A DNA stretch of 64,000 nucleotides from Chlorokybus atmophyticus (lineage: Eukaryota > Plantae > Mesostigma and Chlorokybus algae). Within the stretch, counting starts at the first letter, position 1. Every line of letters starts with the position of its first letter. Location of the stretch: positions 132,328 to 196,327 of the forward strand of contig RHPI01002615.1 of the NCBI GenBank assembly GCA_009103225.1, given 5' to 3'. The notes under the pieces are model-generated. The model worked only from the letters and a program-made list of their open reading frames with translations, did no database searches and had not been told where the DNA came from. This document shows positions 38,190-50,633 of this stretch, piece after piece. Made by a program: the position numbers and the translations under genes.

Positions 38190-41100
38190 GTGACTAATGT
38201 ACCTTCATCTAGTGGCCAGTTGCTAGTGTTACATGCAGCAAACTGGTTTGATGAATTGTCTCGTGTACATGTAATGACACATGCATGGCAAGCACATGAT
38301 AAGCTGCCACTTTTTGATAGTGAAAAAGTGGATGACCAGGCTTGTGTGCTAGTGCATGTAGAATTTATGCTAACAGAAGTTTTGCGCACATTGTGTGAGT
38401 TACAAAATAAACACACGACACTGAGTGTGGTTGTCATGGTGCCGAAGTATCATGGACCGTGGCTAAAGCATACTCGGGGGGAAACTATGATGAAACAATT
38501 CACAAAGCGTGTGACGGGGACAGTGCGGTTGTCAGCAATATTGATTAACCCGCGAATAAGTCACGGAATCTTGGCTACTTTTCAAGGGCGAGTAGTGCCT
38601 TTATTGTGGACCTTCACATGCACGGCACAGAGTATAAGCTCATTCTTGGTTGACACCGGGGCAACGCATAACGTTGAAGAAAACTGGGTTATGCGCAATA
38701 AGATAGCGTGTAAACCCTCAACCTTCTCAGCTGCTGGTGCTGGGGGTACGTTATCGGTAAAAGGTGAAATCAAGTTGAAAGTTTTAAGATTGGTAGTTAT
38801 CAAGCCAACTTAACTTTCATCATAGTACTCATTGACATAGTTGGTGTTGATGTGGTATTTGGCCAAGAATGGCAGAATCAAGTGTCTGTGACATTAGATA
38901 CTGATGCACGGCTGTGCACAGTTAAAAAGGGGCATAAGCGCATCACTTTGTCCGTGCAGGGGTCGCATAGCTTGAAATACAAGCAAACAAACCCTGCGTT
39001 ACTTACGGCAATTCAAGTGAAGCGTGCGTTACGTAAAAACACACCTGCTTTTCTCAAGCAATTAACGTCGAGTGATGATGTTATGCCTGGCAATACAGAA
39101 GGTGTGGCGGACATCATTGAGAAATTTCAGGATGTGTTCTCAGATGAGTTGCCGGGCTTGCCCCCTGATCGAGGTGTCGGACACACAGTACCTTTAATTC
39201 CCAATAGTGAGCCTCTATTTCGGCCTATATATAGGTTGAGCCCTCGTGAGAGGGGGGAAATGGAAACACAGATAAAAGAGTTATTGGAAAAGGGGTTGAT
39301 TGAACCAAGTTCTTCACCCTTTGGCGCACCCATATTGTTTGTTATGGAAAAGAATGGGAAGTTGCGCATGTGTGTGGGTTACCGTGCTCTAAACAAGATC
39401 ACGATAAAGAACAGATACCCGTTGCCAAGGATTGATGATGTGTTTAAGTTGTCAGGGAATGCGTACTTTAGTACGCTAGACTGACAAGCGGCTATCATCA
39501 AATCTGGATTCATCCTTCGGATGTGTATAAGACAGCATTTAGGACACCTACAGGCCATTATCAATACAAAGTGTTACCTTTTGGATTGACCAATGCACCC
39601 GCTGTGTTTCAAAAGGAAATGAATAAAATTTTCGGTGACATGCTTGGTCAACATGTCATGATATACTTGGATGACATCATTGTCTTCAGTAAAACAAAGG
39701 AAGAACATAGGCAAAACTTGGAAGCGGTGTTTGCAAAATTGCGCAAGCATCGTTTGTTGGTAAATCTCACCAAGTGTGATTTTTGTAAAAGAGAGTTGCC
39801 CTTTCTTGGTCACATTGTTAGTGGTGTGGGTATCAAACCTGACCCTCGCAAAGTGCAGATTGTGAAAGAGTGGCCCCAACCTCAGAATATCCATCAACTA
39901 AGGTCGTTTCTAGGGTTGGCAAACTATTTGCGCAAGTTCATGATGGGGTACTTGACAGTTGTCATGCCTTTAACCAAACTGTTGCGTGAAGATGCCCCGT
40001 TCACTTGGACAATAGCACAAGAAACTGCTATGCAAAAGGTGAAGTTGGCTTTAACATCGGCGCCGGTGTTAGCACTGCCCAATTGAGACAAACACTTCAC
40101 AGTGGTCAGTAACGCATCAACACTTGGGTGTGGTGCAGTACTATTGCAAGATGGTAGACCTTATGCTTATAAAAGTAGGAAGTTCATTCCTGCAGAGGTG
40201 AACTACCTTACGACAGAGCAAGAACTATTGGGTATAGTTCATGCTCTCGAGACATGGCGATGTTACTTAGAGGGTGTTCAGTTCACTGTTGTGACTGATC
40301 ACAACCCGTTGGTGTATTTCTAAACACAGCAAAACTTGTCGAGACGGCAAGCGCGCTGGAATGAGATTTTGTTCAGGTTCACCTTTGATTGGGTGTATCG
40401 GCCGGGCGGAACCAATGTGGCTGACCCTTTGAGTCACTGCCCGTCATTACTGGCGGTGATGCGCGCGCAATACTCGCGACACGCAGCACATTGTCTCCCG
40501 ATGATGAGTTTGTGCAAATTGTTGTACAGGGGTACACTTTAAACCCGTGGTTTTTTAAAGACAACTTACAAAAATTTGACAACCGTGACAATCTGTATTA
40601 CATGAGCAACAGTTTGGCGATCCTTGATCATGCTGAACTGCGTGTAAAATGCATAGCGATGTACACGATCCACCTTACGCTGGGCACTTTAGTAGTTGCA
40701 AGACCACTAAGGCAGCGCAACAGTTGTATTAATGGCCATCGTTGCCTGCTGATGTGAAGCGGTATGTGGACACGTGTGACAAATGTCAACGTGACAAACC
40801 GTTATGTCAAAAGCCCGCTGTGCTACTGCGGCCGTTACCAGTTCCTGACAGTAAGTGGGAAAGTGTGAGTATGGACCTTATCACTGAGCTCCCTGAGACA
40901 GTGTTGGGTCATACTGCGGTTGCAGTGCTTATGGATCGATTGACCAAAATGGTTTACATTGTTCCTTGCCGTACGTAGATAGGCTCCCGTGACCTATCAA
41001 TGGTTTTTGTCGCATCAGTGTTCGAGTTGCATGGCTTGCCTCGCCACATTGTCTCTGACCGTGACCCGAGGTTTGTGGCTCAGTTCTGAAAGTCGCTATG

Positions 41101-41934
41101 CAACTTCCAGCAGATACAGCAGCACATGAGTACCGCTTATCATCCGCAGACTGATGGTCAGACTGAACGCGCCAATCAAGTGATTGAGGAAACCATTCGG
41201 CATTATGTGAGTCCGAATCAGTCTGATTGGGACATTATCCTGCAATGGCTGAGTTCGCGATTAACAATGCATGGCAAGAGAGTTTGCAGGAAACTCCGTT
41301 CTTCTTAAATTACGGAGTGCATCCACAAAGTCCTGCGAGTGGTAAGTTGCTAGCTAACGACTTGACTCGCGTGCCTGCAGCGCGCGAGATGGCTGCGGCC
41401 ATGCAAGACAGGTTAGCATTGGGAAAGAGCTGTCTGCGCGCAGCGCAAGACAGACAGAAAGCCCAAGCTGATAAGCATCGTAGGCAGGCCGACTATGATG
41501 TGGGCAATTCGGTGCTTTTGAGCACTAAACACATATCCATCAAGAGAGTGGGTACCCAAAAAATTTTCCCTTGCTGGATAGGCCCCTTCAAAGTGGTTGA
41601 TCGGGTCGGCACTCACGCGTATCGTTTGAAGTTACCACATTCCATACGTATACATAATGTGTTTCATGTGAGTGTACTGTAACCGTACCGTTCAGACGGT
41701 CGGGTTCAACCTCCTCCACCCCCAGTCGCAGTGGATGGCGATGATACTTTCGAGTATGAGGTGGAAACAATCTTGAGTCGCCGTAAGCCCCGACGCGGAC
41801 GCGCGCTGACTTACTTGGTGAAATGGAAAGGGTATGGTGTTGAACACAACACATGGGAACCCGAAAAGAATCTTACCAACTGCCATTGGATTCTGCGGGC
41901 GTACTTGAGTGATGTGTCCGCACGCAGACGGTAA
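38190..41934 (+). pseudogene. pol: Retrotransposon pol (PR-RT-RH-IN-chromodomain), disrupted
   Basis: [61 protein letters not shown] and YLVKWKGY motifs, with multiple in-frame stops. Confidence 0.95.
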
Positions 41935-42682
41935 AAGGGTGCTGGCAAACATCTTTACCGCTTCGGCCCTGATTCCTTTCTCACTTTGGTTTTCAGTGCT
42001 CACGGTGGGGCCTTGCTAACCCTTTAATGAAGACATTGAGACATACGTGGGGGGGAATGTAAGGGAGTGCTACCGCTATGCGGTTCCCCGCCCTTATTTA
42101 ATGGAAAATAAGGGTCCCAACGGGACAAACATAGCCATTAAAGTCGTATTAGGGCCTTTACAGGCCCTAATAAGGTGTTATGTTATGTAACACCGATATC
42201 GACTTGAGACATGAGTGTCAAGTCGATATTGGCCGCATGGCGGCGCTGCTAACGCAGCGACCGCCATAGCCAGGGGATCTTTCGATCCCATGGCTGCCAG
42301 AGGCGGCGGCGGCGACGTGGCTGTGGTTGGTGGTGGTGGGGTAGGGGATTAAAGGGGGCGATAGCACCTCCCCCTTCTTACAACATACCTCGTTTGTCTC
42401 CATCCGGACTCAAACCCAGGCTTGCGGCATACAAGTGATGCACCTTGTCGGCTGCACCATGCGGTTACTTGTGTCGCAGCTGGTGAATGAGGTCAACTGT
42501 AAAGTTATTTTGCGATCAGGTCGCGCCTTTGCTTCGCTGAGCCGTGCAGCAAATGGTGCGACCTATCTGCCGCCAATTGACCGAGGCTATCTCGGTCAGT
42601 TGAAGCAAAAGGTGCGCGATTTTACTGCGGCCAACTGACCGGAGGGGTTGGGACCAGGATGCCCGTTTCAGAGGGCGCGCTA

Positions 42683-43107
42683 CAGTCTAACCTCGATAAG
42701 TGCATACCATCGAGAACGGGCTTATGTATGCACTTATCGCGTTTATGCATCCTCGTTAAGTGCATAAATTATGCATCCGTTTTACGTGCATATATTATGC
42801 ACTTAGGCTTGGCATAAATGCATAATCTATGCACTTATTCAGTAAACCTAATCCTGAGTTACGTTGTAACGTATACGATCGTAACTCTAATACAGCGTAA
42901 TCGTAATTTGTCTGTAACTCAAGCGTAATGTAACTTGATTAGTGCATAGACACACCAAAGGTTAGGCATCTCATAGTATGCACTTATCAATAAGTGCATA
43001 TGCTCTTAACGCACAGATCTTCCCCCTGAAGACGTCGGTAATGGCCGAAATTATGCACTAAACGCGGATATGCACTAATCAAATATGCACTTATCGAGGT
43101 TAGACTG
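42683..43107. mobile_element. pogo/Tc1-mariner-type MITE
   Basis: 24-bp perfect TIRs (CAGTCTAACCTCGATAAGTGCATA), TA target duplication at 42681-42682 and 43108-43109, and internal repeats of TATGCACTTA. Confidence 0.92.
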
Positions 43108-43275
43108 TACTTGGTACAAATTGTCGTAGCAAGCGCGGTTCGCAGTCGTGGACGCCTGCATCGGCGGCATTTTGCAGTGTAGGCTGGTCGCAGCTTAGTA
43201 ACCGGCCATACTAAGAATAAACCATGGTGCGGACTTCCGCGGCCATATATCCGCGCCAAGCATGGCGCATATATA

Positions 43276-43457
43276 TCTCATTGGACCAGGTTTTCGGCGC
43301 GGCCTCCATGGCGCGGCCGGTAGTCACTACGGTACGGTACTAGGCTTGGTTCGGTTCGGCGGCCTCTATGGCGCGAATCTCATAGGACCAGGTTTTCGGC
43401 GCGGCTTCCATGGCGCGGCCGGTAGTCACTACGGTACGGTACCAGGCCTGGTTCGGT
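43276..43457. repeat. About 102-bp GC-rich tandem duplication
   Basis: TCTCA(T/A)(T/A)GGACCAGGTTTTCGGCGCGG...GGTAGTCACTACGGTACGGTAC occurs twice with period 102. Confidence 0.85.
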
Positions 43458-45619
43458 ATTGTGGAACCCCCTATTGCAAAACGGCTTTCCGCCGTCACGG
43501 TGTTTTTAGGCATCACGTCACCCTCGCTGACACATATCACATCGCAGCGCGTGAAGTGCTTTGAGTGCGCGTGAAGGGTGCATTCATTCATAGCTTGCGA
43601 CAGGTTTTCCAATCATAAATGACAACAACCGTATTACTTAAGTAATAAAAATTGTGTTATTGTTGAATACAACAATCATCATCACAATGAAGTCAAAGCA
43701 AAATGCATTGTGCGTATCTTGTTATATGGAGGTTTTGCTCACGTTTTATTCATAAAGTCTGTGGTAAAATTTTGGTAATGAGTCAATTGATCATAAATGT
43801 AAAGCGGTTTTGTAGGTGAACATGCATAAAAACCTCAAGCATCATCGACAACTAGCATATTATGGTGTATATGTATCATATTAACTACAATATGATGCTG
43901 TAATCAAATGGTATGCGTATGGGATTCACATCATCTGGATATCATATATTGTTGTACAATTATGTGATAATAAACATATTATTGTACACATACAAGGCAT
44001 CACACAAAAGTTACATTTGCACACTTGTGCCTTTTAATTCAAGCAAGTTTGCAACACACTGTTGCAAACTGTACATTATCAGATCACGCATGCCACATCG
44101 AAGTCTAATCAAAGCAATACCATTTTACTTCCATTGTAAATCATAATCAGCAGTGCAAAGTTATAAAGTTATTATTATGCACGAGTATACAATGTGATAG
44201 CTTTTACATTCATGCTGGTGTTTCTGTTGAACAAATTGCACAGGCTGCGTAGTGGCACTAACACGTGTTGTAAACGCATTCAAGAACAACAGGCTCAACT
44301 TCAACATGCAATTTTTTAAATTAATGAAAAGCATGCAAACTCAAAACGCATGTTACGTCATAATGTGGCGTTTTTAACTCACATTTTGATAGATTAAACC
44401 CAAAGTGTGGCTCTTTAAGGGGCTATACATAAATTAACGATGATATACAGCCACTTTCGAAGCAAATAAGCACAACAGAGACACTGGAGGGATTCGTGGC
44501 TCCAAAAATGCAAAATCAATAAGCTTAAGACTTTCTTACCGTGACATCTTTTACAATGTATTTATTGCAAACATGTTGAAATAGCTTTTATGGCTTTCAT
44601 TATAACCTTGTGTTACACAAGCAATTATGCCATCCTTCATGGTCACTCATAATTGCAACTCTGAAACGCAGATACCAGGTATCTCAGCCTTGGTATGGAC
44701 ATCATCATTTTAACAACCGTCATTGATGGATCTATCAGACATGTCTCATGGGAATGCAAGAAACGGGTTCTTCGTTAAGCGCACGTCATGCCGCCTACAT
44801 GAATACCAACAGCAAACATTCTTACAGCAATGGCAGACTGTGACACTCGCTCATGCCACCGTGTCCGAGGCACGCGGCGCGACATCAAGCAGTCCGCAAG
44901 CAGTCCGCTGCATGCAAGCTGTCGAGGCGTAGGCGCAGGCGGCGGCGGGGGCGGGAAAATAGAGGAGCTGTATTGAGGCTATCGACGTAGCCTTCTTGCT
45001 TGTGAACATGCATAGCAGTGAGTAGCTGTTTGGTTGCAGTAAATGAAAGCGTTTGGGCGAAGGCACTCGAGGCAGCAGTGCTTTGACCATCGCTGTCAAG
45101 GCTCAGGCTTCAAGCATGTAGCTTCAACCTCTGGTCTACGTGGAGGCAGCTGGCTTGCTGAAGCTTTGTAAGGGTAAGCAAATGTGGCTCTGTCTCACGT
45201 GCCAAAAAGTCAGATCCATATAGGTAAGAGGGCCTCTTAACGTGGTTGCTGCGCGACAGTTACACGACCATTTCTATGACAGTCGCAAGCCTTCGCAGTA
45301 GGCATGCTTGCTGATGCCACAGCACCAATGACTCAGCACATACACTCCACGATTCAACATGCTTCCAAGTCAGTCTCTGGCACACATACATGTGCCTGGA
45401 TACAACTGCTGGCGCTGTAGAAGTCAAGTGCTTTCCACACAGGACAAAGCGCACATGACCTTGTGTCTCGTGTTTGCAACAATGGCAGGCATGAACCTTG
45501 CTGGAACGTTGATAAGTATCCCACAAGTCCAGTGAGATGTCGGGCTGGAAATACTGCACAAATCGCACACGAATCAGCACATCAAGCTGCACACTGTCAT
45601 CGTTACTGGAACTCCATGC

Positions 45620-45669
<50 letters not shown>

Positions 45670-45854
45670 CGCTCGCTCGCTCGCTCGCTCGGGGGGTGGG
45701 TGGGTGGGTGGGTGGGCACTGGGTGCAGTGTTCTGCAGCCACTGCTAGGTGGTCTTCAGAAGTCAGGAACGTGATACCACGTTCCTGACTTCTAAAGTAC
45801 CCGGTCCTAACAACTGTCTCTTCACTGTGCAGTTCCACTAGCTTGCGGTCTGTC

Positions 45855-47183
45855 ATGGAAGCTGAGTACAGCGTGGACGCAGTGTCTGCTGCCAGCCATA
45901 ATGTGTTCTCAAGACAATGGCCCACGCCTCGCAGTGACAATGTTTTTGAGGCTCCAGCTTCAATGCCTTCCTGCGAGCGCTCCGAGAAAGGTAAATCCAT
46001 GGCATGGAGTATGCCCAAAGGAGGAGGCACGGGGACTTGGAGGCGTAGCCCACGTGCCACTGAGCCCCAACGTTGCCCACCGATCAAGCACGAACACGAG
46101 TGCGCTTGCTGCGGCATAAGTTTCATCAACCCTCTTAAAGATGAGCGCACAGATGCGCTATGTGGTGAATTTTCCATGCACGGTGGGTGAATAGACGCTC
46201 TTGTTTTGTCCCGCGTGCTGCATTGTTGCATACTTAAGGTCGTTTTGACATTGTTGGCAGGTTTGCCACGAGCAATGCGCATCGACACCAGCAAGCTGAG
46301 GCGTTTTCTCTGGCTGATGATCTTCTTAGGTGGTCTCGCGGCATTCATTGCATTGGTGGTGATCCAGATCCAGAGCTACAACGACTACAACACCATGAAA
46401 ACCGTCAACATTGTCGATGCATCCAAGCAGGGCGGCCTCTATTTTCCAGCGGTATGTTTGCTTACGGCACCGTGCAGGATGTCTTTAAATGCATCACGGA
46501 CTATGCACGATAGCAATGCTGACTGTGATGACGGCTACGCAGGTTACCATTTGGAATGTAAACACTGTTAGGTAAGCCTGTTTACCATCAAGCAATGGTT
46601 GCGTGCGCATGGCAGCTGTCCAATAGTAGTTTCCTCGAATTGCAATTGACTGTCCGACTGTAACAGCAATGTACATTGCCAATCAGGAAGTCTGCCGTGG
46701 TCAATACGCCTTACTTTGATGAGGTCTGTGGCGACGCCGCTGGTCTTGAGGGAGATGAGAATGAGGGCTTTCAGCGGTATCCTCTCAACTGGACAGACGA
46801 AGACATTGTAACCTCTGCGCATCAGCTTGAGAGGTTAGTTGAGAGCGCACTGGTGGCATGACTGTGCTACACAATGAACCGAGGTATGTTGGTTAGGCGA
46901 CTGGTTGTGTAACCACTTGAAGTGACACACAGCGCTGTCAAGCGCTGTCTTAAGCTGGCCTGCCTTTCTCATGCATTGCTTATGTCAGTGGATTAGCCAC
47001 CAGTACTCTTCACACGCGTCGCCACAACGCACGAGCCGGAGCAGCGCCTCAACCGCATCGAGTGCAGAGCGCAGCATTCAGGCACTGTCACTCTGGTTGG
47101 GATCAGCAACAGCAATGACGACAACAGAAGCAGTAGCAGCCAGGGTGATGAGGGCAGGGGAGAGGATGTACCATTTGTACTAG
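45855..47183 (+). pseudogene. DEG/ENaC channel paralogue 1, internally deleted
   Basis: Exons 45855-46182, 46261-46451, 46543-46571 and 46687-46833 encode EFSMHG, TM1 and FPAVTIWN. Sequence homologous to the C-terminal tail of paralogue 2 then resumes at about 46975. Exons 5-11 and TM2 are absent. Confidence 0.82.
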
Positions 47184-47227
47184 GTTGCAGAGGCTCTCGT
47201 ACACCCGCGCGCGCGCGGTAGGGGGGG

Positions 47228-47483
47228 TTGGCACCTTTGGTGTCGTTTCACAATTGTGATTTGAGAAGGGTTGTACAAAGTGAAAGCTTTGAGTTGTTGT
47301 AGCTTGTGAACCGCCGCGTGGATTCGCGTGCGATTTGTTTACAAGCGAGTGTCTTGTTGAGAGGTGTTGGGTAGTCATTTTACGGGCTGTTTAACCCAAG
47401 TATAGCACCTTGAAATCAACGAAAGAGAAATAACAAATTTTGACACTTTCAGAGTGCACAACTCGTGTGCTTGTGCACTCGTG
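47228..47483 (+). repeat. 256-bp exact copy of the gypsy 5' leader (36442-36697), ending at a single N
   Basis: Base-for-base identity by eye, followed directly by N at 47484. Confidence 0.9.
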
Positions 47484-47484
47484 N

Positions 47485-47862
47485 ACTCCCCAATGAAACT
47501 GCATGGTGTTGCGCAGACCGTCAACGCTTCTCTATAGTATGCACAACACATCAAGGGTGTGCACCCTTACTTTTGAGGTCTCAAGCGCTCACTTCTACAT
47601 ATGTCCCTGCCGACATTGCCCTAGGTATTGCAGCCACATGGTCAAGGTAGCCTACCTTGAGGTAGCGGTTTTCGACCGCGCATGTACCATCATGGTGCAT
47701 GCGCGGCCGAAACTGCTACCTCTCCTGCGCCTTATCATAAGGCGTGACCTGGCGGCGTGACGCTGGATGTGATGCTGCCGCGTTGTGTGATGTGCGTGAT
47801 GCGTGTGTATAAAAGAAGGAATGCAACTTTCGTGCATGCAAGGTCACACATGCCGTGTTCAC
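47485..47862. mobile_element. Possible partial LTR (serial hairpins, TATAAAA, ends TGTTCACA)
   Basis: Adjacent stem-loops such as AAGGGTG/CACCCTT, TCAAGGTAG/CTACCTTGA and CGCCTTAT/ATAAGGCG. No partner LTR is visible. Confidence 0.4.
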
Positions 47863-50633
47863 ATGCAAACTCGCTACACTTACCAATCACACAACCAAAC
47901 ACAACCACAGGGCTGGTCAATAACCATTTCGTTGTTTTACCTATTGCTTACCTACCTACTAACCATCCCCGTTAGTCGTGCATGGACGCTCATAGTCGGT
48001 TGGTTACCTGCAAGCATGTGCAGCAAGTTAGTCTTCACGGTCTTCACAGCAGCAAGTACCAAGAGCAGCAGACGGACTCCCACTCTCCTGTTCTCCTTCA
48101 ACCCGTCACTTCCGCCGCCTTCCCTGGCAGTCCCACATCATGATGTAACCCTCGCACAGGGCCCCTCTGCCCTGCCCCTCAGCCCTCCCCACGCAGCGAC
48201 TGTCGTGTACGACAGTCGCGGGTGCTGTGCTGCAAGTGCTGTCGGTGCTGGCAGTTGGGTGCTGCCGGTGGGGTTGGGTGGTGGGGTTGGTGCGGCGACG
48301 TTCTTGGCACGGGCATGCTGTGCTACCTCACAGCAGCATGCTCCCCGTGCAGGCGATGCAGTTGTGATGTCACCAGCGTTCGTCGCTGCCTCCTCAGCTC
48401 CATCAACACCAGCTTGTAGAGCAAAGGTGGCGGCGTGCAGTATATGTGTGTGCGCGCGCATGACCGTGTGATGTAGAGTAGCACGGCACACATAACCATG
48501 TACATATGTATATAGGTGTACTTATGATAAGGCAAATTACTTGTTTAGCGCAACCGCACTGAACGTAGACTGCCATCAGTGGTAAAGGCCAAGTGCACTT
48601 GGGTAGTGCAACGACATTTACAACAGAGTAAAGCATTGAACTATTGCAAGCTTACAAAAGCCCCTTTATCATGTATGCGCTAGGTGCTTGGTTGGCAGCA
48701 ATGTAGTTTGCAACAATTGTCAATGTAGTAAAGGTGAAGCTTGACGTTTGGATGAATGCAAATGACGTTTAAAAAAGGAACATCCAATAATATGCGACAT
48801 TTCAACTTGAGGGGTTGACGGTAAGCTTGATTTGAAAAGTTCTTTCAGTATAGCATTTAAACAATTGGTGTAAGCCTTGCATAAACATTTATTGAAATAT
48901 GTACATCTTAAGTTAAGTTGAGATGCTTAACATGTTGGTCATGCAATGGCTGAAGATCGTCCTTCATGGAGTATCATCAATAAATTTTGCATTAGCACTA
49001 ACATTTACACGAAAACAAAACCCCCTCAACTCATCTCAAGCTAAAAGGGCGCCCCCTTGAAACCGGCTTTAAACCCTCCCCCCCACCCCCCACCCCCACC
49101 TCTTGTGAGCGGGGTGTGTGGGTAGAGTGCCACTTCCGGAAAGTAAGTGCAATTCCGGCCTTTTGCGTTATTATTAGCACAACGTGTTTACCTAGCGTAA
49201 CTCATATGGCGAATGCATGTGACCACATGTGATTCAAGGTTGCATTTTTCCGAGCTTGTCTGAAGTTTGAAAAATGCATGTTGAAATTAAGATAAGCCCT
49301 TTATGCCTTGCTGAAAATTACATATCGAAAACCATGCATGCTTGCATCTTTTATATATATGCGCGTATACATGATGTATACACACACAAACCACCACACA
49401 CAACACTAGTAAAAGCACACATATAACACATCACATGATCAGCTGTACGGGTGTGGTTTATACCGATAAGGTAGTGCACATGAACACATCCTTCGTAGGC
49501 CTATCGAGGGTAATAACGAGAATATTAGCGCAATATAGATTTAGTAAAATGAAAGTTTGTTACACGGAGGCAACGACCCACAATGCCATGCAAACGGCTG
49601 ATGCTACATGCTAGCTTCACATGTCAACCCAGCACACACGAAAGGTATTGCACGAAAGTCCGGGACATCATGGTCCCGCAGACTTTGAAGGACACCATGA
49701 GGTCCACCATTGGGCATTCCAATAAGAGACATTCCTACAGCGCGGGCAAGCGCCACTGGACACTGCAACCGGCGCTGCATGCAGCAGTGGCGGGGGCGGC
49801 GGCGGCGGGAGGTGCTGCGTGGGAGCTGTCGTTGTGGCTTGTTGCTTACAGGCATGCATGCTGATCGGTAGCTGCTTGAGCTCGCTGGAGTTGGCGCAAG
49901 TTGCTGGGCGGAGGCAGCTGAGGAAGCGTTGACTTGACCATTGTGTGGTAAGGCTCAGCCGACAAGCATGTAGCCCCTAGACCAGCTAGAGCTGCAGCTG
50001 GCTTGATGAAACACTCCGGTGCATACAGGTGAGATAGCGGAAAGCCTGGATGTGTCACTGTGTGCTGATAGCAAGGGTCACATCCCATCGCCTGTGGTTA
50101 GTCATGACGCTTGCAGCGCCCCTTCATGGCAATCGCAAGCCTGGCTTGCATTTGCCAGCTATAGAGTTGCAGCATTAACACAGCAGATTACACTTCTCAA
50201 GAAGCTTCATGGTTGTCGTACGCTCAAGGAGCTTCTGGAGCCAGCTTGCGTTGTGTGTGCTGTGCGCTGTAACTGCACTTGCAGTCACATCACCATTCGC
50301 CACAAGCATAGTCTTGCTTCTTCTATTGCCTCTGGAGCACAGTGCTGATTGTAGCTTGCCTTGTACACGGGCAGAATTCTGTCGTTGAGCTGTTTCGATC
50401 GGTTTGCATGCCATACTGCAGCCGGGCGCCTGAACTGTTCAGTGTGCTGCTGACCTCCAGCACACTAGTAGTTTCACAGGTCTATAAAGCCCACACAATC
50501 TTTCGGTTTCATGTGTGAACCAGTGATGGGGGATTCCGTAAGGGAGCAGAGTTCTTGCAAGCACCACACTCACTAGATCTCATTATCATGTTCAAGCAGT
50601 ACCTCTCTGTGCAGTAGTCCTGTCTTGCCCTCT

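Larger units (their letters stand above)
34968..42382 (+). mobile_element. Full-length degenerate Ty3/gypsy chromovirus-type LTR retrotransposon
   Basis: LTRs at 34968-35292 and 42058-42382 (325 bp each, 22 mismatches by hand count). TSD-like ACCTA/ACATA, PBS-like TAGCATCGGAGC, and PPT GTGGGGGGGAA. Gag, PR, RT, RH, IN and chromodomain occur in order with stops and frameshifts. Confidence 0.95.

Noticed and set aside
47803-48491. ORFs of 117-222 aa between channel copies 1 and 2
   Set aside because: Low-complexity, no family motif, and no supported splice model.
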